Below are positions 52,393-64,000 of a stretch of DNA of 64,000 nt, piece by piece. The DNA lies in the NCBI RefSeq assembly GCF_009914755.1, contig NC_060942.1. The stretch is one strand, 5' to 3'. The position numbers and the translations under genes are program-made. Below the pieces are notes generated by a model, which worked only from the letters and a program-made list of their open reading frames with translations, did no database searches and had not been told where the DNA came from. Position 1 is the first letter of the stretch, and the number at the start of each line of letters is the position of its first letter. Origin of the DNA: the human T2T-CHM13v2.0 reference genome, Homo sapiens.

Positions 52393-53344
52393 ATGAACGT
52401 TATAGCTACCCCTGAAATCCCAAGGAAGCTTGGATGGCTGAAGCCTCTTACTAATAATTGCAGGCCCCAGGAACTCAGGACTAGCTTGAGGGAGACAGAG
52501 CCATTGATGAGCAACCTGGGTCAGCCCAGAGGTCAGCATGGAAGAAAAGGCCTGAGGTGAAAGGTCAAAAAGTACAACTCTGCTTAAGGCCAGAAGTTTG
52601 AAGGTTACTATGGTCCTTTCACAAGTTGCATGGTGGAGTGAGATATCGTACTCACGACTTTGCTGAGTGCAGGCTGCTCTTGTACAGTGCTCTAGAGGTA
52701 CCTTTGAGTGGCCTTCCCTCATTTGTTCTGAGATAAACAGGTAAAGCATTTAGACTGGCACCAAACATTTAATAAGTAATCAAGGAATGTTAAATGCCAT
52801 TTTGGTTTCAAAATATTCTTGATGCTTTCCTATCCCACGAAAATCACCTTTCTTCCATAATCTCCACTATCTAGAGTGATAACCTAATGCCATGTTTGAT
52901 ACCTTTCACTCTGCCAACCCTAAATTGAAATGAGTGTTTTACAGAACCCTTGTCAACATGCTTCCCTGTGGGCTTCTTGGATTAATTCTTTTCCTTTGGA
53001 TCTCCTTGAACCAAATATTATTATTATAGAAAAGGATGTAGGCTGGAGATTTACTATTACATTAGAAAATGGTAATTGATTAGCTTTTCTGTGAAGCACA
53101 TGAGCATGATTTCATTCACTAGTCCCTAGCAAATCAAAAGTAGATATCTAGTGGAAGAACAGACCAGTGCTGAAGAAGAAAGAATGCACCCATGAACACT
53201 AAAGAAAATGGAACTTTTAGAAAAGCATGTGTAAGTTTTGGAATAATGAGCCATACTCCCCTTCTGCATGGCTCCCAGGACAGCTCACATTGTAAGGAGC
53301 TGCAAGAGCGGAAAGCATCTCTCCCTCCTGTTGCACGTGGGGCC

Positions 53345-54880
53345 AGGCGTCCATGCACCCGTTTATCCACAGCTACTGATGGATCACCTATGACATCTGG
53401 GCACTGTTGTAGGTACTGGGGCCGCACAGAGCCCCCTCCCTGGTGTCCCTGCTCTCCTCTGGGGAGATAAGCAATACACAAGAGAATCACCATGGGCACT
53501 TTCAGATGGCGAAGTTTTAGATGGTGATGGAGTGCAAAGATGGGAAGGTAGAGAAGGGAGGATGAATATGGACGGGCAGGGGGTGTGGTTTCGGGGCAGT
53601 GCCAAAGAGGCCTCTGCAAGGGCAGGAGCTTGCCCTGTGAGCCTGTGGCTTCTGCGGCAGCATGTCACAGCAAAGAGAAGGGCAAGCACAGAGCCTCAGG
53701 GGCCCTGCGGAGCAGTGGGAGTTCATGGTGCCCACCTCTTCCCAGGTCCATGTTAAGTGAGGCCAACTTGAGATCTGAAAATCAGCATGATGGGTGTATT
53801 TACACCAGGGAAATTGGAGAACACCACAGCAAGCCCTCCCGCTGCCCCCATCCCCCACTCATCCCGGGATCAGTGTGGGGAGAGGATAGTGTGCATGGGG
53901 ACAGAGAAGAGACAAGGTCAGAGAGGTGATCAGGAGGCCAATCGGTGGGGGACACTGAAGGCCATTGTGGCTGGCAGAATGATGGCCCCCGATCCCCAGG
54001 ACCTGTGAACATGTCACCCTCCACAGCAGTAGGGACTGTGCATGCATCGTCGGGCTAAGGATCTTGAGACTATCTTGGACTATCTGAGGGGTCTAATGTC
54101 ATCACAAGGGCCCTTGTAAGTGGAAGAGAGAGGCAGGAATGTCAGCGAAGATGTGACCATGGAAGTGGAGCCTGCAGTGGTGTGGGGCCATGAGCCAAGG
54201 ACTGCAGGTGGCCCTGGGAGCCTGGAACGTGCAAAGAAACAGCTTCTCCCTGACAGGCGGCAGAAGAAACACGATACTGCCAAGACCTTGATTTTAGCCC
54301 CGTGAGACCTGAGTGGGATTTCCGACCTCCAGAACGGTTTGATAATGAATTTGCACTAGTGAACCCTCCGAGCTTGTGGAAATTTGTCACAGCAGTCATA
54401 GGAAACATCACCGTGAGACTGTGGGCCTTTTCTGGAGACAGGCGGGAAGGCCGCGGAGGGGTTTGGGAGAGGACTGACGCAGTCTGACTTGTAGTTTAAC
54501 GGGTTCTGGCTGCTGTGCACGGGTGAGAGTGAGGGAGGCCAGCGAGGAAGAGGAGGAGAGAACAGATGTGTGCATGTCGGGGTGCAGCGGCCAGGCAGGC
54601 CTGCGGGAGGCCTAGCCCGGGGCAGCAGCACTGGCAGGAGAGAGAAGCGGTGAGATTCTGGATGCGTTTTGAAGGCAGAGCCACTAGAACTGCTCACAGA
54701 TTGGCTGTGGGCGTGCAAAGAAGAGCGCAGTCAAGGACGACGCCAAGACTGTGGACCTGAGCCAGGATGGAGTGGCCTTCACCGAGAAGGGAAGGCAGAC
54801 ACCCTCGGGTTTGAGAGGTGAAGGAGGAGGGGTAAGGTTTGAGGGTCTGTTTACATCCAAATGTTGGAAAAGGTCTGGAG
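53345..54880 (-). mobile_element. L2 (L2a-like), interrupted by MLT1D
   Basis: gggcactgttgtaggtactgggg...; after the LTR gagaagcggtgagattctggatgcgttttgaaggcagagcc...gtcaaggacgacgccaag. Confidence 0.75.
53966..54410 (+). mobile_element. MLT1D-like MaLR LTR
   Basis: tgtggctggcagaatgatggccccc...ccttgattttagccccgtgagacc...gtggaaatttgtcacagcagtcataggaaac. Confidence 0.87.
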
Positions 54881-55144
54881 GCCAGAAAGGAAGCACTGTC
54901 GACAGGGGAGAAAGTGCCGGCCCAGAGAAATGGCAACCTTGACCCCTCGTGCAGAAAGGAAGGGAGCCGGTGCCTCTTGCTTTAATACATGGAGACTGAG
55001 GCCCAGGATTTGAGTGAATGACCATGGTCCCAGGGCTGGTTGTGCTGGGGTTGGGGGTGCTTTGCCCTAGTCAGCGCTCCACCAAATGGACTCCCCCAGA
55101 TTCTCAGGTTCCTGCTGCCATGTGAGCTCAGCACTGGTGGAAGG

Positions 55145-55550
55145 GCCATGAACAAAGACGATGATAAATAACTGTGTACCATGTCCGCGAGGGGGTCTCG
55201 CATGGCGCCCCAGGGGTCAGTGCAGTCTGGCTTTATTTAACGTCTTCGTTAATTATCTGGAGGAGAGGATAAAACTTGTTAATTGAATTCACAGATTGTG
55301 CAAAATTAGGAGGTGTTGAGAAGACCAGTGAGGACAGAGAAATCGTTTGAAGAGCCCAAAATATGGACAAGAAATAAAATGAGGCTCGGCTTGGAAAACG
55401 GCAGGAGGATGTAACCAGAGGATATTAATCCAAAACATTGGAATTCAATGGGCAGTAACAGCCAGGAAAGTAGAAATGCTAAAAAAAGCCTATGGGTAAT
55501 GTTGGACAACAAATTAATTATAATTCTACTGTGCAACTCTGCAGCCAAAT
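55145..55550 (+). mobile_element. CR1-clade LINE (L3/Plat_L3-like) reverse-transcriptase fossil
   Basis: Frameshifted manual translation PQGSV..ALFNVFVNYLEERI..LLIEFTDCAKLGGVEKTSEDREI..LWVMLDNKL..CNSAAK parallels the CR1 RT motifs PQGSVLGPVLFNIFINDL..KFADDTKLGG..DLGVLVD.KL. Confidence 0.8.
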
Positions 55551-55624
55551 GGTCCAGTGTCAGTTTGCCCCATACTTACAGGCCTCATTAGCCTGAGATG
55601 GGAACTCATAATCCTTCTCCGTCT

Positions 55625-55792
55625 CTGCACACACACACGTACGCATACACACTCGTCCACACACACACACGTCCGCGAGCACACACACGTCTGCACACAC
55701 ACACGAACGCACACACATGTCTGCACACACATGTACGTGCACACACACGTACGCACACACACATGTACGCACACATACACATGTACGCACAC
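55625..55792. repeat. CA/CG-rich degenerate microsatellite
   Basis: cacacacacgtacgcatacac...cacatgtacgcacac. Confidence 0.92.
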
Positions 55793-56074
55793 CCATCAAC
55801 CCTCCACATCTGAAATGTTTTTGTTCCCGGAATGGCTCAAGAGTAGAGAGTGATAGAGCAGCCAACAGGCCCTCCACCTCGCTGCCCAAAGCCTTCCTTT
55901 CTTTAGGGAGGAAATGTGTGGGCAGGGTCCCGGTCAGGAGTGAATGTAGGGAGGATGGAGCTGGGGGAGGGGATGCAGAGGCTTCGCAGATGTGCAGGTT
56001 CGGGAGGGGCAGTGCCAGGGCAGCAGGTACCGGCCTGTGCCTCTCCGTCCCGCTTGGTTGTCATCATGAAGACA

Positions 56075-56300
56075 ATAACAACAGCGGCTAATATTTTGGG
56101 GATGAGCATGGTATTAAGTCCTTGATATAAAATATCAAGTCCAGTTTTGGCAGCCGGCTGAGGTAGTAGGATTATCCTCAATCCCCGTTACAGGAAGCAA
56201 CGCTGAGGTGCAGCCCAGTATGGTAATTAGTCCAAGATGGCAGTGCTAGAGACTTGGCAGTGCCGTGGCTGAAACTCCAGGGCCAGTGCTCACCACCACC
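56075..56300 (-). mobile_element. MIR
   Basis: aataacaacagcggctaatattt...gaggtagtaggattatcctcaatccccgttacagg...ctgaggtgcag...tccaagatggca. Confidence 0.65.
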
Positions 56301-56750
56301 ATGTCACGCAGTGTCCCACCACTCCACACAGTGTCCCACAGGGTGCAATGAGGGACCGGGTGTTTCCTTCCTATTCCATCACATGTAACTACCCAACATG
56401 AAGTCATGACCATGTGGCAACCTCAGCTGTAGGTGACGGGGATCCAGCCAGCTCCAATCAGAGCACCCATCTGGGGCTCAGGGTCTCAGCGGGGGTCCCC
56501 ATACTTTCTGGTCTGTGTGACCCAATGTTAAAAATCAAGAAGTCCCCCAATGAATGTATATTGATTTGTTAATAATATACATATACCCCAGTACTAATTT
56601 ATTATATATGTCATATAACTTACCTCAAAATAAATATGATAAATACATAGAAGTGGCATTTCTACTGTTTCCCCGCTAGGCTGTGTTGCGGCAGACAGGC
56701 AGCCCATATGGAGCCCTGGTTTAGGGACGGGCTCTGACACCAACAAGCAA

Positions 56751-57190
56751 GTGCAAGTGGACTGGCCTGATAATGCCCCCGCATTTATGTCCACCCAGAA
56801 ACCCAAGTGCAACATGATTTAGAAATAGAGTCTTTGTAGATGTAATCAGTTAGGATGAGGTCATACTGGAGGAGGGTGGGCCCCGACTCCAATGACGGGT
56901 GTCCTTGCAAGAGGAAGAGCAGACACAGAGACACGCATAGAAAAAAGAAGTCCACGTGAAGATGGAGGGGAAGACGGGGGCCGTGCTGCTGCAAGCCAAG
57001 GAATGCCAGAGATTGCCGGGAGCCCCCAGGAGCTGGAGGGGCATGGAACGTTCTCCCCGAAGCCCTCGGAGTAAGCGTGGTCCCGCCTGCACCTCCATCC
57101 AGCCTCCAAAACTATGAGAGAATGGATTCCTGTTGTTTTAAGCCACTGGATTTTTGGCACTTTGTGATGGCACCTGTAGGAAACCGACAG
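56751..57190 (+). mobile_element. MLT1B/C-like MaLR LTR
   Basis: gaaatagagtctttgtagatgtaatcagttaggatgaggtcatactgga...gcaagccaaggaatgcca...ttcctgttgttttaagccac. Confidence 0.87.
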
Positions 57191-57599
57191 GGTTCCAGAA
57201 GAGCAGGGGCCGCACCTGACAGAGCTCAAGACTCAGGGCTGTGCCACTTTCCCTGGGATGCCCTGCGGAGTTCTAGAATGTTGGTACTGTAAGGAACCAT
57301 CCCTCCCCCTTCTCATACCCAATAGGAAACTGAAGCCCAGAGAAGCTCAGAGCCCACCCAGCACCACTGGTGGACTCATGCAGAGCCCAGCCTTCCCCCA
57401 CGGCCCAGGCTCCCTCACTGCACAGCGCGGCAAACTTTCCCATGAGCTCCAAATCCGCGTGGCCAGCCTCACCTGGTGTCCCCATTCTAAAATGCGACTC
57501 CCTGTGGCACCCACACCCTCGCCTGTCCGCCAAGCCTGCCTTCCCCGCTGCATGCCCTGCCTCCACCAGTCTCCCAAGGCTGACCTCCATCCCCTTTTC

Positions 57600-57880
57600 T
57601 CAACAAGCAACCCGATCGTCTTGATTCTTTCACCTGGATGTCTCAAATTGGCCTCTCTTTATTACCCCAGCTCCCACTGCTCTGAGTTGGGCTTCCCCAT
57701 CTCCTGCTATAGAATAGTCACAACCTCCTCCTACCCCAGTCTCTGTCCCAGTCTTGCCCCCACACCCCAGCTCACAATCCATTTTCACATCACATTTTTC
57801 TAAAATGCAAATCTATTCAAGTTCCGGATTAAACTCCTCTAAAAGCTCAGCTCCCTATCACCTTTTAAGTTCATTCAGCT
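57600..57880 (+). mobile_element. L2 fragment
   Basis: ttttctaaaatgcaaatct...ttaaactcctct resembles the L2 3' region. Confidence 0.45.
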
Positions 57881-60800
57881 GAGCTCTTTGGGATAAAGGG
57901 CGTTAAGACACAGCTGGGCCTGAAGGTTGCGGCCCGCAGGTGGAGGGACAGACAGATCGGCTGTGCAAATGACAGACGCAAGGAAGGCATGGACGTCTGC
58001 GGGCTCCTGCCCCGTCCCATGAGGCCTCTGAAGACTTCCAGGAGCAGTGGCACCTGGGCTGAGCCCAGTGTCCTGAGTGGCAATGCAGGTGGCACGCCCC
58101 TGAGGCTGCTGGGGGTGAGGAGAGTGTGGGCGCTTGGTGCTGGCTTGGATGAACGGGCAAAACCGTGGTGTCACTAAGTGGGAGGAGAAAACCCAAGCCC
58201 AGTTCCTTGTGTTGTTCAATTCACTCGCTACTCTCAGGTTATCTCCAGCCTTCATCTCCAGCACAGCCCGCCTGTTCCGCTCCCAGCCTTACAGTGTGCA
58301 CCCACTGCCCACACAGACATGGTTGCAGTCACCTCCTCCAGGAGGCTGCCCTCTACCACCGCTCTTGGCCCCCCCAAGGGTCAACTGCTCCCGCTCTGGC
58401 TCTACCCCATCACTCTGCTCCCACCTGGGCTGAGAGCCCATGCCCCCTCCTATGGCAGCCGCCTGCCTGTGCACTTGGCCCTTTCTCTGAGTGTGGGCAG
58501 CAGGTCTCATTCATCCAGAATTCGCAGGCCTACGCGTGCCCTGAGGGGCCTTCCCATGCCTTGTGTCGCATGGTCCTGCACAGTCATGGTCTATGTGCAG
58601 CGGGCTAAGTCTCCCTGAAACTCGGTCCATGGGGGACTGGCACTTCCCATGCAGATGGAGCTGTGAGTTGAAGGCCCTGGGGCAGACCCTGGATGAGGCT
58701 GGGCCTGAGGCGGCAGAAGAAGGAGGGTGGTCCAGGAGGGGCCTGGGCTTTGCTCCCAGAGCACTAGGCAGTGTGGGGAGTGGTGTGGCTGGACCCGCCC
58801 TGTAGTCCGCCTCCCCTTTCTGGAGGACAAGCTGCCAGGACAGAGCCGGGGGTGCAGATCACGCTGGGCTTCATTTCACAGTCTCAGCGTGCTCCCGACG
58901 GCGTGGGGAGATCCTGGCAGCCCTGCCAGGGGATGGGAAAAGCTCTGAGAAGAACAGTCTTGATTGTGGACTTTTTTTTTTTCACAGTTTCAGCAATTTT
59001 AGGTGACACTTGCCTGGGGCTATTGGGTGTTGACTTCATTTGTGTATTCTTCCTTGTCTATTGTTGATTGCAGCTGATACCCTCAATGGATCTAGATTCC
59101 AGCCCCTCACCAGTAGGGAAAGGCGAATAGTCTCCAAATTCCTTGGAACTATTTCTCACAAAGATTAGGAAGCCTTGCCGGAGAGACTGCAGCGGCTTAG
59201 GAGAAGCAAGAATACATTTGATTGAGGAATACCAGCATTCGAGACAGAACAAAAGGACGAAAGTGGCGAACAGATGGGTGGGTGTCCTGTGAAGGCTCAT
59301 GATCTATGTGAGCAGAGCAGGCTGCGCCCTCCCTTTTTTTTGTTTTTGATGCATCAGGGTCTGATGTGATATGATATGACAGAACATGTCAAAAATTTAG
59401 GGGAAAATAAAACCCTGGTTTTTTTTGAAACATCAAACTATTGCTATCAATAGGAACAGCAACTGTTCAAAAATTTGTTTCAGAACTGCCAAGAAGTGAA
59501 CGTTCGTGGAAAAAAAAAAGTATTTTTCCCTGCTGTTTGCAAGGTGGACACAAATGCAGACGGTAGGAGGTTGACAACTTGACACATGTCTGATAAATCC
59601 AAAGCATACAAAGTCAACAACTCGCTGCTCAAGAAAGCATTCTCGAAATAAAGAGTGCTGCGCAGAGAAAGAAGAACCATTAAAAAATAGATTTTCCGAA
59701 TTCAGTAAGTAGTTTAGCCCTCGGAGCGCCAGTCTTCAAAACAAGGAAGCTTTTTCTTTCTCCCTTTAAAAGAGAGAGAGAGAGACGGAGAGGAGGCGAT
59801 GCTGGGCTTGGAGCGGAGGGGGCCTGCTGCATTTGAAATGAACCAGGTGAAGCAGTGCCGCATCCAGCCAGCAGATGTGCGAGGCTCGGAGGGCTGGTGA
59901 CAGGGGTCAGGGTTCGAGCCTTCCAGATCCCGGCTGTTCGGCAGCTCAAGGCAGGAGTGGGTTGAATTTGGTGAGTTGGTCCAGTTACAGGGAATTCACA
60001 GATCACAGTCAATGCCAGGAAGATTTGGCCACCAACAGCCTGTCTGCGGCTGGCCAGGGGGACGGCATTTGGGAAGCTCTGTCTGCTGCCTGAACACTTG
60101 AACACGGACAGAGAAAAAGGCACAGACACTCAGGGTGAGGGCTGCAGGCACCCGACTGAGTGCTGGAGAAAGGAAAAGAAAGAATGAATCATGTTCTTAA
60201 TATCAAAATAATTAAGAATTTTGTTTTAACCATTTTTTCCCCAGACTGCTAATGCTCTTTTCTTTTTCCCATCATGATGAGTATGATGAGGAAGAAGATT
60301 GTAAATAAATGTGAAATGAATGGCAATTCTCATGCAAGTCTCACGTAAACAAAAGTATCAGCATTAAAGTTATGAATCCTAATTTGTGCCATGGAGCTAA
60401 AATCTGTATGCTTCTGAATTAGGGAAATATAGACATACAGCACTGAGAAGCGTCTCTGTGCGGTTCAGAAAACTGACACAGTCTCTCCAATTTATGGGAA
60501 ATTGACATAATTTTGCAAAAATGCAAAACCATTTGCGAACTGGGTTTTGCATAATGGGATTAATTTGGTTGACTGTCATATCCACTATGCTGCAAAATGC
60601 AAGGTAATCACAACATCATTCTGGGTTTTTTTTTTTTTTTTAAGGGAAGAAAGAGAAAGGAAGAAAGAAAGGAAAAGCATTTCCCCCTATTCTGACTATC
60701 TTTTCATTAAGGGAAAATACCCAGTCTTCTAGGTGGCACTGAGGTACCTCTAGAAAACAATGCTAGACAAAATTCTGCAATGGTTGCCTTCGTGAACTGA

Positions 60801-61064
60801 ACTGAATTGGCCTAGCTCCAGTGAGAAAAATTAACAGCTTTCATAGAGCATGAACAATTGCTGCCAGAAAAAGTCCGTACTTTCTGCTTTGGGGTGTGTG
60901 TGCGTGTGTGTGCATTTGTGCAGAATTATACTGCACAACAGAGCTAGGGCTGTATTATATACAATTTGTTACCACACTCAATGATTTAACCTCATTATTA
61001 TGAACCCTCTTTCTATCAATAAATAAGAGCTGATTATTCTGAGAAGAAGGCACAATATGTGAAT

Positions 61065-61370
61065 TTGTGAAACAGCGAGGCTATGCCGTGGCGACAGTGA
61101 CCCCAGCGTCTCAGTGGCTTCACACAGCACTGTTCTTTCTTCTTCGTGCTACGTGTCCAGCATCAGCAGGAAGGCTCTGTCAACTGCTGTCCCTCAGGGT
61201 CCATCCGGGCACAGGCTTCCTGGGATGCCCAGACAGGAAAGGGGACACGCAGTGAGCACACCAGGTCCGAAGGCTCCACTTGGAAGAAGCACTTTCACTT
61301 TCACCCACATCTCCCTGGCCAAAGCAAGTCGCATGGCCACACCTACCTTCAGAGGGCGCAGGGAGGACTA
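61065..61370 (-). mobile_element. MLT1K-like old MaLR LTR
   Basis: ggctatgccgtggcgacagtgacccc...tctcagtggctt...cacatctccctggccaaagcaagtcgcatggccacacctaccttca. Confidence 0.7.
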
Positions 61371-62074
61371 GAAGACAAGTGAGCCCATGTAGTTGCTGCC
61401 ACAGTCAGCATGCTGGGAATTTTTCTATCTCTTTCCGTTACTCTAAAGATTGATGATGAAATAGACCCTTCTTTTTGTCTTCTCCAGATAGAGGGACAGG
61501 TGTGATTGGAGAGAGTTCTTCCTTCACTATGAGGCATTCAAGGCAGGGTGGCATTTTTCAACTCAACCCAACAACAACGGAGAGCCTGCCCCAGGCCTGC
61601 TAAAGAGGCTAATGTGGCAAGGAAGACATAGAAGACCATGTCTTCCTCATCTCAAGGGAATGATGGAAGAATGTTGGTAGGAGTAATGGGTGGATGAAAA
61701 TACCTTCTATGCAAAGCCGAGCGTGGCCAGTGCTGCTATTCAGAAACACGAGAGTCCAGGCAGGCTTCCCATGAGAGGCGTTGACACTGAGCCTTGAAAG
61801 ATTCCTGCTGGTGGGAAGGTGGGGAGGGGAACAGCAAGACCAAGGCATGTGGGAATAGTCAGTCGTCCAGTTTTCAAAGAGCTTCTGAGTTTCCTTGCAG
61901 AGAGCTGGCACTCTATGATGGGTGTCCTGGCAGTTAGAGGTGGGGAATGTACACTTGGTTTAGCAGCTCTGGACAAGAATGGCTCCACCTGTCTCCTTAG
62001 CATCATTCTAGATCCATAAGGTCATGCCTGGGCTGCTTACGCCAGTGACTCATTCTAAATCCGACAGTGCATTC

Positions 62075-62255
62075 TAGAGGCAGGAAGATCTGGGCTCAAG
62101 TCCCAGTTCTGCAATGTACTGACCATGTCACCTTGGGTGTGTTGCTTGGCCCCTGCAGGCCTGCCTTCTCATCTGAGTGGGTCTAATCATACCGACTTCA
62201 TAGGGCTGTTTAGACTGAGGGTTAAAGATCATGTCTGTGAAGAATCTTGCATATA
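62075..62255 (+). mobile_element. MIR
   Basis: ctgggctcaagtcccagttctgc...tgtcaccttggg...ttctcatctg...cttcatagggctgtt. Confidence 0.72.
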
Positions 62256-63289
62256 ACAACAAAAAATAAAAACAATAATAAAAATTAAAAACAAAAACCT
62301 CACAACCAGACAAAGGAAGGAATTACTTTAGCATTAAGAAGAATATTCATTATAATACTTTCTCAATAAAAAGCTCTTGTTAATAGAATTGCATTGTTAT
62401 TAGCTTTGTCTTAAGGACAATGACTGCTCATTAATTACATGAACACCCACTGGGGGCCTGCTCAGCTGACAGGGATTCCCCCAGCGCCCTTGTCTGTCCT
62501 TTGCTTGTGCCCTTCTGCTGTGGTCATTATCCAAGGGTGGCTTGGTCAACAGGGCTCTTTCTCCTAGGAGTGTGACACTTGGCCAGAGTCGCAGTGGAGC
62601 AGCATCACTTTGCTGACGTGTCCTATGGGATGTTCACGAGCAAGTATGCAGAGGCACCCTGAGCTGCTCTGTGGCCAGGGTGCAGGTGTTTGGCTGGTCC
62701 CTGAATTCTACAAACCAATGTAGTGCCCTCTCAAATCCCACTTTATGGTTCAGACAGCAGCAGGTCTCCTGTGCTGACCTCCAAGTTACACTTGGTCAAC
62801 AAAACAGGCCTCTAAAATAAAGAAGACTCTTCTTGTTCTTAAACGGAATTCTCAAGTAAGAAAGTAAGAATGATTGATGATCAACTTGTGTTTTTTTCTT
62901 TCATGTAAACAATTGTCATGAGGTCAGTGAATCCCACGGAGCAGGTTGCAATAGAGGTGATGGTGATAAGGGAGCCGGAAGAGAATGGGCTTTGAAGGGT
63001 CCACAGGATGTGAGGTACAGACTGCACCCAGATTTGCACAGGACGTCTGGTGTGGGATGCAACGACCCCGAAGGTTTGTTTCTTGCTGCTGCAACTGGGT
63101 AGACTGACTCGGGCACTGCTCTTAGGTGAAATCCTCCCCCAGGGGTAGGGCTGAGCTCAGGTCAAGGTTAAGGCTGCTGACCAGGCAATTCTAAAGAGGG
63201 AAAGAGGAGAGGCTTGTCTCTCCTGCCCCCATTTCAGGCCTACCCTCTTTTCCTAGGGGCGAGGGGAGGACCATGGGAAGAGACGGGAG

Positions 63290-63515
63290 GAGCTGACTCT
63301 CATTGAGGGTGCGCCTTGTGCCAAGAGCTGCAGTAAGCTCTGTGCATCTGCTTCTGATGTCATGGACAATGGTCTTCATGCAGCCCCTGTTGTCCAGCTG
63401 GGAGAGTGGAGGCTGAGAGGCACGTACTCCTTGCTAGGGTCACCAACTAGGAAGGGCTGGACCCTGGATTCAAGGCCAAGCCTTTGGGACTTCAGGACTC
63501 TCAGTCTAACTGAAC
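63290..63515 (-). mobile_element. MIR
   Basis: attgagggtgcgccttgtgcca...ggaggctgagagg...ggtcaccaactagg...ctggattcaaggccaag. Confidence 0.6.
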
Positions 63516-64000
63516 ACCAAGCAAAATGTTACTCCAGGGGTAAAGGAACACCTGCACTGAACACCAGGCAAAGTGCGTCATTGTTTCTTTTCCAAGCAAT
63601 GAAGACAGGAGGGAGACAGAGGAGAGGGAGGCACTCCCCCCAAAACCCTCACCCCAAACAATGAGGGACTCAGCCCCTCAGAGCACCTGTTCTTTCAAAG
63701 AGTTGGCTGCACACATTCTGGTAAAGCTTCGTGCTGTTTCTGGAGCGCAGAGGGACATGGCTTTATTCATCTGCTCTGTGCAGGGTGTCGCTATCCCGAG
63801 GTTAAGAAGCCTGGCATAGACCACTGATGCGGTTTATTGACGGAGCCCCAAAGCCTGAACTCTGTCTAGACAAGGCTGACGGTTAAATTCCTGCTGGTCA
63901 TGAAAGGTCAAACTCAAATATAGAACAAATGGTGTGCAGCTCCTGAGAGCAGGGTCTGCAGGTGTCAGTGTTAACTGATTGTAACTCCTACACCAGGCAG

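Noticed and set aside
53745-53840. Possible hAT-Tip100/Arthur-like fragment (gtatttacaccagggaaattgg)
   Set aside because: Only a short recalled motif; family and boundaries cannot be supported.

Overview
This is primate, most likely human or hominoid, non-coding genomic DNA. The evidence is AluY/AluS, FLAM, L1PA, THE1/MST and MLT elements. I find no credible protein-coding gene, RNA gene or CRISPR array. The ORF track consists of chance ORFs in GC-rich DNA, translations of tandem repeats, and decayed MaLR/L1 reading frames. The window holds about 12 LTR elements in both orientations, an ~8-kb nested L1 complex (43.9-51.8 kb), several Alus with target-site duplications (TSDs), MIR/L2/hAT fossils, three minisatellites, long TG/CA/TC-rich blocks, one CpG-rich patch and several repeat-free AT-rich islands that look like conserved enhancers. 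The pattern suggests a GC-rich, probably distal gene desert, but I cannot name the locus. I found no new biological system that I can support. The most unusual structures are: (1) a three-part templated insertion in an L1 3' UTR with a replication/repair template-switch signature; (2) a 77-bp minisatellite apparently derived from an L2 3' tail; (3) minisatellites with higher-order periodicity; (4) a FLAM+L1PA unit bracketed by one TSD; (5) a CR1/L3 reverse-transcriptase fossil missed by the ORF track; (6) a THE1 LTR with a strand-flipped DUX4 motif. Repeat subfamily names come from recalled consensus similarity, not from a database search.
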